DNA of 64,000 nucleotides from an uncultured Eubacteriales bacterium (GTDB lineage Bacteria; Bacillota; Clostridia; Oscillospirales; Acutalibacteraceae): NCBI GenBank assembly GCA_948823415.1, contig CAQKRU010000003.1, positions 7,798 to 71,797 of the forward strand, read 5' to 3'. Shown piece by piece: positions 57,230 to 64,000 of this stretch (position 1 is its first letter; each line of letters starts with the position of its first letter). The notes under the pieces were generated by a model. It saw only the letters and a program-made list of their open reading frames with translations, ran no database searches and was not told where the DNA came from. The position numbers and the translations under genes were made by a program.

Positions 57230-57461
57230 AGCGACCTCCGATTTTGCACACGTTAAGTGTATAAAATGACACAAATGTACACTAATAAAACCATTAATTA
57301 AACAAAAATACATGCGATTCGCAATAAAAAATAGCAGGTGTTAATAGTTGAATATTAGCATTTAATGACTAAAATGTCAACGCCAAAATGCGGATTTTAA
57401 TGATTGTGAGTGAAAATATGGTGTAGAAATTTGAGCGAAAATAATGTGAAAAATAAATAAG

Positions 57462-57490
57462 TTGCATACACGAAACGTGTGTGATATAAT
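57462..57490 (+). promoter_or_regulatory. Promoter of the XRE gene (TTGCAT-N17-TATAAT, TG-extended) with the palindrome ACACGAAACGTGT in the spacer
   Basis: Direct reading. Palindrome at 57468-57480. A related palindrome, ACACGTTAAGTGT, lies at 57248-57260 in front of the divergent genes. Confidence 0.65.
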
Positions 57491-57530
57491 TTACGTAACA
57501 AAAAGTTGCAAAAAGGGGAGTTTGGTAGAT

Positions 57531-57908
57531 ATGTTTAGCGAAAAATTCAAGAAATTACGGCAGTCACAAGGCCTGACACAGGTACAAATGGCGGACAAGC
57601 TAGAAGTTTCGCCTTCGGCCATAGGAATGTACGAGCAGGGCAGAAGAAAGCCCGACAGCGACATGCTGAAGAAGATCTGCCAGATGTTCAACGTGAGTGT
57701 GGATTATTTGCTGGATGTGTCGGTGAATCGCGAGGCTGAGGAGAAGTCTGTGACGGACTTTATAGACGAAATCACCTATACACTGAGGGCTCAAAAGGGG
57801 TTAATGTTCAACGGCAAGCCTATTACCGCCAGGGACAAGGAGAAAATTGCTCAGGCAATAAAGCTTGCGACCGCCATAGCGGTGTCTAGCAGTGGCTTGG
57901 AAGATTAG
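57531..57908 (+). CDS. XRE-family HTH regulator (ImmR/cI-like)
   Basis: FKKLRQSQGLTQVQMADKLEVSPSAIGMYEQGRRKP is a canonical HTH_3 motif. AAGGGGAG RBS. Confidence 0.85.
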   Translation: MFSEKFKKLRQSQGLTQVQMADKLEVSPSAIGMYEQGRRKPDSDMLKKICQMFNVSVDYLLDVSVNREAEEKSVTDFIDEITYTLRAQKGLMFNGKPITARDKEKIAQAIKLATAIAVSSSGLED

Positions 57909-57991
57909 GTTGTGATGTTTGCGCGGTTTGGCTTAATTTTTTTGACGAAAAGGGCAAGGGGGCGGAGAGCATAAAAGATTTTGTTCATAGT

Positions 57992-58297
57992 TTGATAGAA
58001 AAGTATGGAACGAATTCTCCTTTTGAGCTGTGCAAAAAACTGAATATAAATGTGCTGTTTGTGGACTTGCCGGAAAATGTTAATGGATTTTTTCTAAATT
58101 CGAAAATTAAAAGTTCCATATTGATTAAGAAAAGCCTGTCTGCGCGCCAAAGAGAGACCGTCTGTGCGCACGAGCTGGCTCATGCCCTGCTGCATAGCTG
58201 CGTTAACAGCATAAATTGCGAGGAGCAGAATCCCGACTACATTTTGCGCCTGGAGGACGAGGCTAACGATTTTTGTAGACTTTTATTAGAAAATTAG
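57992..58297 (+). CDS. ImmA/IrrE-like (M78) metallopeptidase domain protein; start uncertain
   Basis: HELAHALLH is an HEXXH motif in the context typical of ImmA. The frame is open upstream to about 57902 with no canonical start before the TTG at 57992. Confidence 0.65.
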   Translation: MIEKYGTNSPFELCKKLNINVLFVDLPENVNGFFLNSKIKSSILIKKSLSARQRETVCAHELAHALLHSCVNSINCEEQNPDYILRLEDEANDFCRLLLEN

Positions 58298-58381
58298 CGG
58301 TTTACTTTTATATTTTAAGATGGTACAATAAAAAACATACAAAAAGCGAACAACGAACAAATATTCTTAGGAGGAATGCGT

Positions 58382-58765
58382 ATGCCACCAGGAATATCCT
58401 TTGTTTTGGCGTTGCTGTTGCTTGCTGGAGTAGGAGTCTCGGAAAGAAGTTTTAGTAAAGATCATTGCAAACTGGATTGCAACGTAGCGCATGCGGGTGC
58501 CGATTGGTTGCAGGAAGAAAAGGAAATATTGCTGCAAGAGAGAAGCAAGTTGCTAGCAGAAAGAGCCCGAGTAGAAGGGGATCTGCAGAATTTGGAGAGG
58601 CCCGTGACTATAGGAATCATTGGCAACGAGGTTTGGCGCAACAGGTTTAAGCTTTTTTTGAGGAATAGATTAAAGGCTATAAGCCAAAAAATAAATTTTA
58701 TTGATCGTAGTGTAAGAAAGATAGAAGAGGCGCAGGAGACGTTTAAAAAGGTTCAAGAAAAATGA
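58382..58765 (+). CDS. Secreted coiled-coil protein, family E member 0 (CxxxC after the signal peptide)
   Basis: AGGAGG lies 7 nt before the ATG at 58382. Signal peptide ...FVLALLLLAGVGVS, then HCKLDC. Confidence 0.6.
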   Translation: MPPGISFVLALLLLAGVGVSERSFSKDHCKLDCNVAHAGADWLQEEKEILLQERSKLLAERARVEGDLQNLERPVTIGIIGNEVWRNRFKLFLRNRLKAISQKINFIDRSVRKIEEAQETFKKVQEK

Positions 58766-58894
58766 TAGTTTTATGGCATAATTCACTTTTAAAATATTAA
58801 ATATCCCCAAAAACGAAAAACTTTTTTGATTATTGTAGACAAAATCTTTTTGAAGTAGTATAATAAAAAAATAAATTTTTAGGAGGAAATATTT

Positions 58895-59428
58895 ATGTTT
58901 AAAAAAGTGGCGTCACTGTGTTTGTCGACAGCGATGGCTTTTTCAATGGGGGCAGTTGTAAGGGCAGACGCAACAGAGACTTTTACTGAAAGGGAATGTG
59001 TGCGTTCTTGTAAAGAACTACAAAAGAATGAGTTTACCTTTTGGCAGATACTGGAAAGACTTAATAATGAAAAATCAGCATTGGCTGAATTTTTAGACTA
59101 TTTAGAAAGAACGCAAAAAGTACTAAAAAACCAAAAGTTAAGAGAAGAAGCATTGAATAATATGAAATTACAATTTGACGAAGAAGAAAATGACAGAACG
59201 GCTGATTTATTAGAAAACGGTAATGTAGGAAAGTTTTTTGAAGAGAATATTAATATTATGATTGGTCCCTTGAAAGAAAATATAAAATTATTTGATAAGC
59301 AAATAAATAATGCAAAAAATGCAAGTGAAAGCATTAGGAGATTATACTATCAAAAATGCCCAAGTGTTATTTGTAAAAGGATTAATTCAGAAGAAGAGGT
59401 ATATAACCAAACTTGTACAAATTTTTAA
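58895..59428 (+). CDS. Secreted coiled-coil protein, family E member 1
   Basis: AGGAGGaaatatttATG. Signal peptide MFKKVASLCLSTAMAFSMGAVVRA. Has ECVRSC and C-terminal CPSVIC...C. Confidence 0.7.
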   Translation: MFKKVASLCLSTAMAFSMGAVVRADATETFTERECVRSCKELQKNEFTFWQILERLNNEKSALAEFLDYLERTQKVLKNQKLREEALNNMKLQFDEEENDRTADLLENGNVGKFFEENINIMIGPLKENIKLFDKQINNAKNASESIRRLYYQKCPSVICKRINSEEEVYNQTCTNF

Positions 59429-59470
59429 ATAATTTAGATTAATAAAAAAATTTTTTAGGAGGAAATATTT

Positions 59471-59995
59471 ATGTTTAAGAAAGTTGTTTTATTGTGTTTG
59501 TCGGCGGCGGTGGCAGTGTCGATGGGGGTAGTTGCAAGAGCAGAAATGCCTGGACGGGAAGATTTTAGCGCGAAAGACTGCAGAAGTATTTGTGCTGTTA
59601 AAAGTAATTTTAAAAATCTGTTGGACAAAAAAATAGAGCTTATACATTTGCTAATGAAAAATTTTGAGCCTGATATTGCTGCATTATCTGGAGCAAGTGA
59701 AGCGTTAAAAGACCCAAGGATTAGAGAAACAGTATTAAGGAACATATTAAAAGAGAAATCATCAGGAAAATCTGCGCATTCAAAAAAAGATTTAAAGGCA
59801 GCAAGTGGACTAGCAAGCGATGAAAATGTAGGGGAGTTTGCTGTAACACGCTTAATAAAACCTGTGGAACGGAAGCTTACCGCAACTGTACTTGAGCTAC
59901 AAGCAGCGGCAGACAAATTAGAAAAATTAAAAAATAATTTGGATGAATCAGTTAGAGAAAAATGTGTTTGTTTAGACGATATAACAGATCTTTAA
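59471..59995 (+). CDS. Secreted coiled-coil protein, family E member 2
   Basis: Same RBS string. Signal peptide MFKKVVLLCLSAAVAVSMGVVARA. Has DCRSIC and C-terminal CVC. Confidence 0.7.
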   Translation: MFKKVVLLCLSAAVAVSMGVVARAEMPGREDFSAKDCRSICAVKSNFKNLLDKKIELIHLLMKNFEPDIAALSGASEALKDPRIRETVLRNILKEKSSGKSAHSKKDLKAASGLASDENVGEFAVTRLIKPVERKLTATVLELQAAADKLEKLKNNLDESVREKCVCLDDITDL

Positions 59996-60047
59996 TTTTC
60001 CCTGTTGTAATTAAGAAAAGAGCTTAAATTTTTAGGAGAAAGTATTT

Positions 60048-60590
60048 ATGTTTAAGAAAGTTGTTTCATTTTGTTTGTCGGCGGCGGTAGCTATGTCATT
60101 GGGGGTAGTTGCAGGAGCAGAGATGCCTAAATATAACGGAGAGGGTTGCGAAACTTTGTGCCGTGAAACACGACAGGAAGAGTATGATTTGAGGAAAGAG
60201 ATTGAAAACCTTAAAGAAGAGAGAAAAGAAATTGGCGATGTTAACCGATATTATAAGAAAGCTAATGAAACTTTAACGGAGTTTCTTGGTGGGCATGATT
60301 TTGGTTATCCAGACTGGTCTGGCGATAAAATGAAAAAGATGCTCAACTTTTTTGCACAATATCTTAAAGATAAAGATGAGAAAAAAATAAAGAGTATAGA
60401 AGAGATGATAACTTTTTTAGAAAGTAAGATCCCGCTTTTATGGCAACAATATCATGAGATGTGTCCCAATAGTGAATGTGGAGGCCTAAGAAAATTAGGT
60501 AAAGAAGAAATAAAAGTAACGTGTAATGGTTGTTCTCGCTTACCTGAAGTAAATTTTTGGGCCTATGAAAGAGGCATAGCAGCAGCATAA
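60048..60590 (+). CDS. Secreted coiled-coil protein, family E member 3
   Basis: Signal peptide MFKKVVSFCLSAAVAMSLGVVAGA. Has GCETLC and C-terminal CPNSEC...CNGC. Confidence 0.7.
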   Translation: MFKKVVSFCLSAAVAMSLGVVAGAEMPKYNGEGCETLCRETRQEEYDLRKEIENLKEERKEIGDVNRYYKKANETLTEFLGGHDFGYPDWSGDKMKKMLNFFAQYLKDKDEKKIKSIEEMITFLESKIPLLWQQYHEMCPNSECGGLRKLGKEEIKVTCNGCSRLPEVNFWAYERGIAAA

Positions 60591-60618
60591 ACTAGAAATA
60601 TAAGGTTGAAAATATGAG

Positions 60619-60987
60619 GTGAAGGGGTCGGTCTTTTTGAATGAGCAGGCGGTAGATACGTATTTGGTTGCAAATCAGAAATATTTTCCGCAAGAGAAAA
60701 TCTTGTTTTTACGAGATAAACTTTTGGAGCTGGACGAAAAAAGGTTTTCGCTCTTATTTGCGCTGGAATTAAGGGATCCCTTTGTTTTGATTATTGTGTC
60801 GATATTTTTGGGGCAATTTGGAATCGATAGGTTTTTGCTAAACGATGTGACCATGGGTCTTCTCAAGCTGATAACTTGCGGAGGCTGCGGTATATGGACT
60901 ATTGCGGACTGGATTTTGATAATGGACAAAACCAAGAAGTATAACTTTGACAGAGTGATGGGAGTTATTGGCGGCAATTGTTTTTAA
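60619..60987 (+). CDS. TM2 domain-containing membrane protein (start uncertain: GTG 60619 or TTG 60637)
   Basis: FLGQFGIDRFLLND...GLLKLITCGGCGIWTIADWI is a TM2 signature. Confidence 0.75.
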   Translation: MKGSVFLNEQAVDTYLVANQKYFPQEKILFLRDKLLELDEKRFSLLFALELRDPFVLIIVSIFLGQFGIDRFLLNDVTMGLLKLITCGGCGIWTIADWILIMDKTKKYNFDRVMGVIGGNCF

Positions 60988-61057
60988 TATGGCCGAAGGC
61001 AGCAGCGTTGCTCGAGAAATTTATCGGGTGATGTTGCTGTTTTTGCATTATTTGGTA

Positions 61058-61085
61058 TGTGGACATTTGATGTTAAATGTCCACA
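61058..61085. promoter_or_regulatory. Perfect 11-bp inverted repeat TGTGGACATTT-N6-AAATGTCCACA between the two TM2 genes
   Basis: Direct reading. It lies downstream of a terminator-like hairpin with a T-tract at about 61000-61046. It could be an operator or part of the terminator. Confidence 0.4.
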
Positions 61086-61235
61086 AAAATACAAAATTAA
61101 TAATTTGTGATTTAGTGATTGATACAGAATAAATTTTTATGTATTGATGTTTTAAATTCTTTGTGCTATAATAACAATTATTAAAACTGATTTTTATTAA
61201 TACTTACTAGCTAAAAAAGAAAGGTTGATTAATTT

Positions 61236-61835
61236 ATGAAATTAAATAAGGGGATTTTTAAGTCGACGGTGTCTCTTATATTAGCTGTTTCGCTAAGTAT
61301 TGGTATGGGAGGCTCTAAGGGATTTGCCATTAGTGATGAAGAAAAAGCAGATATAATAAAGCAGGCAGAACAATATTTAAAAGATAATGGATTGCGTTTT
61401 TCAAAAGAAGATAGTATTGCAAAGAAAAATGCAAAGAATAATGAAGACGACCTTGTTGACCCTGACGAGGTAGATAAATTTTTGGAAGAGAATCAAAAAT
61501 ATTTTCCGGATAAAGAAATATTTTCGTTAAGAAAAGAACTTTTAAAGCTAACAAGGAAAGAATTTTTGCGAGTAAAATCTCTAAATTTTAAAAGCCCGCT
61601 TGGTATGTTTTTTGTGTCATTTTTTTTAGGTGAGTTTGGAGTAGATAGGTTTTTGCTTGAAGATGTGCCAGTAGGAATTTTAAAACTAGGAAGTTTTATT
61701 ACTTTGTGTTTGGGAGGTTTTGGTTTATTTACATTTGTAATGTCTATTTTTCATATTGTTGATTGGTTTTTGGTAAAGGGTAATACAAGGGAGTATAATC
61801 TAAAAATGGTTTTGGAAGATATGGGAAGACATTAA
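61236..61835 (+). CDS. TM2 domain-containing protein with an N-terminal signal peptide and extension
   Basis: FLGEFGVDRFLLED...GILKLG is present. The pre-TM2 segment ENQKYFPDKEIFSLRKEL is homologous to that of the previous gene. Confidence 0.75.
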   Translation: MKLNKGIFKSTVSLILAVSLSIGMGGSKGFAISDEEKADIIKQAEQYLKDNGLRFSKEDSIAKKNAKNNEDDLVDPDEVDKFLEENQKYFPDKEIFSLRKELLKLTRKEFLRVKSLNFKSPLGMFFVSFFLGEFGVDRFLLEDVPVGILKLGSFITLCLGGFGLFTFVMSIFHIVDWFLVKGNTREYNLKMVLEDMGRH

Positions 61836-62049
61836 AATATGAATTAAGCAGCAACATTATTCTAATTGGGTAGTGTTGCGATTTTTGTCCATCAGGGATA
61901 AAAGAGGGAATATTTACAAAATTTAGAGCTTTAAATTTAATTATTTTAATTTTTGTACGAAATATTTTTTGTTGTTCTTTTTTTGATTTTTTGTGTTATA
62001 ATTATAACTATTATTAATTTCGATGAAACGAAGAGAAAGGTTGGTCTTT

Positions 62050-62835
62050 ATGTTGTGCTCAAAAACAAAAATTTTTAGGTCGGTGTTGGTTGTTATTTTG
62101 GCGCTTTCGCTGGTTGGCGGACTGGTCGTATTTAGAGGTTTTTCTCTTGACGAAAATGAAGGCAATTTGGAAGGCTCGTCTGTTGTGGCAGAGGCAACCG
62201 AGGAACCTTCAGTAAATCGGGAAGAAGTAGACAATGATTCTTATGTGGATGCAGAAGAAAACTCTACAGAACCAGAAGAAGTTGAGGAAAATTCAAATAA
62301 CACAGAAGAGACAGTGGATTTGGATAATGACGAAGATGAGAATACAGAAGAGTCGGCTGATAATGCAGAGACTGACGATATTCTTACAGATGAGGATATG
62401 GATGATTATACAACTGGTGCGGAGGATAATGGAGAAAATCATGTTTGCGCCCCGGGAGACTGCCCAGAAAACCCTATGTTTATTAATTCGGTTGATGATT
62501 TAATAGGTTTTTTTGAGGACCTGAAAGAAGGAAACAATTTTAGCGGTAAGTATATTGTGATCGGAAACGACATCATGATTACGAAAGATCAAAACAAGGT
62601 TTTCGCTGAAGCATTGAAGGAAACGGGCGTGCTATTTCCTGGCGAATTTGACGGGTATTTGAATGGCAACGGATACGTTATCTTTATTGAGTTTGAAGAG
62701 GAAGAACCGGCAGATTTAAAATATTTGTTTGAACAAGCCGGCGAAAATGCGGCAGTAATTTGGATGAACGTAGTTCTTAGCGCTCAACAGGAGTCTAGAG
62801 TTTACACTTTTACCTCTTTTTCTCAGGCTAGCTAG
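62050..62835 (+). CDS. Membrane-anchored or exported protein with a long acidic region (unknown)
   Basis: ATG at 62050 lies 9 nt after AGAAAGG. Hydrophobic N-terminus SVLVVILALSLVGGLVVF and a D/E/N/T-rich tract. Confidence 0.6.
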   Translation: MLCSKTKIFRSVLVVILALSLVGGLVVFRGFSLDENEGNLEGSSVVAEATEEPSVNREEVDNDSYVDAEENSTEPEEVEENSNNTEETVDLDNDEDENTEESADNAETDDILTDEDMDDYTTGAEDNGENHVCAPGDCPENPMFINSVDDLIGFFEDLKEGNNFSGKYIVIGNDIMITKDQNKVFAEALKETGVLFPGEFDGYLNGNGYVIFIEFEEEEPADLKYLFEQAGENAAVIWMNVVLSAQQESRVYTFTSFSQAS

Positions 62836-64000
62836 TTTTTTGAAGTGACTTTACCAGCTCTACTACTGGTATGACGGCCACTGCCAGGGCGATACATTTG
62901 AAATAATCTATTGCTTGGATTTGCGTGGTTTCGAAGAGTTCGGTTAGGCTGGGGACCGTTATTACCAGGTTTATTAGGATTACTGAGAAAATCATGGATG
63001 CTGTTAGATATAGGTTTCGCTTTTTTATTTGAAATATGGAGCCGCGAAGCGAGCGGACGTTGAACGAATGGAAAGTTTCAGCTAGTGACATGGTCAAAAA
63101 GGCCATGGTGGTGCCGTAGGTGCTAGTTACTAGCTGGAGCTTTCCTGTTTCTGACATTACGCCGAGAAAGTAGGACACGAGTGTGAGCAGCGAGATTAGG
63201 GTTCCTTGGTAGGCTATGTTAAATGCCATTCCGTTCGCGAACAGACTTTCCTTTTCGGGACGTGGCGGTCGATTCATGAGGCCGCGAGATTCTTCTTCCA
63301 TGCCGAGGCATAGCGCGGGGAAGGTGTCTGTGACGAGGTTTATCCAGAGAATGTGGATGGGTGAAAAGATTTTGAATCCTAGCACCGTCGCGATGAAGAT
63401 GGAGATTAACTCGCTGATATTTGACGAGAGTAGGAATTGGATGGCTTTTTTGATGTTATCGTAGATTCGGCGGCCTTCTTTTACGGCTGTGACTATTGTC
63501 GCGAAGTTGTCATCTGAGAGGACCATGTCGGCAACGTTTTTCGTCACGTCTGTGCCTGTGACGCCCATCCCGATGCCGATATCCGCTCGTTTTATGGATG
63601 GAGCATCGTTTACGCCGTCGCCCGTCATGGCCACGACCTTGCCAAGCTTTTTAAAGCCCTCAACGATGCGAACTTTATGGTTTGGCTGAACTCGCGCGTA
63701 GATGCTAATGTTTTGAATTGTTTTGCTAAGCTCTTTGTCGGACATTTTGTCGAGCTCCGCGCCGGTTAGGGCTTCGGAATCGTTTTTTATAATGCCGAGC
63801 TCTTTACCGATAGCTATGGCGGTGTCTTTGTGGTCTCCGGTTATCATAACTGGCTTGATGCCGGCACTTTTGCAGTTTTTGACAGCGCCGATAACTTCTG
63901 GCCGCACCGGATCCATCATTCCGACGAGGCCGATGAAGACCATTGAATTTTCGCAGGCTTCGCTGGTTAAGTCGTTTGGCAGGGTATCGTACGATCTGTA
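62828..64000 (-). CDS. P-type cation-transporting ATPase (P2/Ca2+-type by motifs), C-terminal part; 5' end outside the window
   Basis: MITGDHKDTA and VAMTGDGVNDAPSIKRADIGIGMG motifs, with C-terminal TM helices. The frame stays open to position 64000. Confidence 0.9.
   Translation of the reverse strand, partial: YRSYDTLPNDLTSEACENSMVFIGLVGMMDPVRPEVIGAVKNCKSAGIKPVMITGDHKDTAIAIGKELGIIKNDSEALTGAELDKMSDKELSKTIQNISIYARVQPNHKVRIVEGFKKLGKVVAMTGDGVNDAPSIKRADIGIGMGVTGTDVTKNVADMVLSDDNFATIVTAVKEGRRIYDNIKKAIQFLLSSNISELISIFIATVLGFKIFSPIHILWINLVTDTFPALCLGMEEESRGLMNRPPRPEKESLFANGMAFNIAYQGTLISLLTLVSYFLGVMSETGKLQLVTSTYGTTMAFLTMSLAETFHSFNVRSLRGSIFQIKKRNLYLTASMIFSVILINLVITVPSLTELFETTQIQAIDYFKCIALAVAVIPVVELVKSLQKTS

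Overview
This window looks like an origin-proximal chromosomal segment of a Firmicutes/Clostridia-like bacterium, judged from gene content and synteny only; no database search was possible. The core backbone is visibly GC-richer. It runs mnmE(partial)-mnmG-rsmG-noc-like parB-parA-parB-serS with three parS sites. Next come a DUF3048 protein, ppa, a lipoprotein, mfd-pth-glmU-like, cinA/pncC, a CrtO-like membrane protein, rsmE and glyQS. Further on are pduL, rpoB-rpoC, rpsL-rpsG-fusA-tuf, an M23 peptidase, a VanY-type carboxypeptidase, gltX, glnS and a partial P-type ATPase.

Two strikingly AT-rich accessory islands interrupt this backbone, and neither contains a recognisable mobility gene.

Island I (about 19.2-37.6 kb) surrounds a tRNA-Pro(UGG). 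It encodes about 18 exported proteins in several paralogous families:
- Six genes share a 25-nt 5'-leader box, and nine genes (these six plus three more) share the RBS context and a signal peptide.
- An acidic cysteine motif at the C-terminus (DDCD[KR]E-N-L/F-N...VEYP) is shared by otherwise unrelated families.
- A 996-aa LRR protein starts with a Nif11-like double-glycine leader instead of a Sec signal.
- The island also holds a GNAT plus orphan ACP pair and two genes interrupted by a single in-frame stop.

Island II (about 56.7-62.8 kb) has an XRE/ImmA-like module placed divergently from a sigma-region-4-like pair. These are followed by four tandem paralogous secreted CxxxC coiled-coil proteins and two TM2-domain proteins.

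The best candidates for something undescribed are the island secretome families with their shared 5' cassette and C-terminal Cys tag, and the double-glycine-leader LRR giant. All functional readings of the island genes are inference from sequence motifs.
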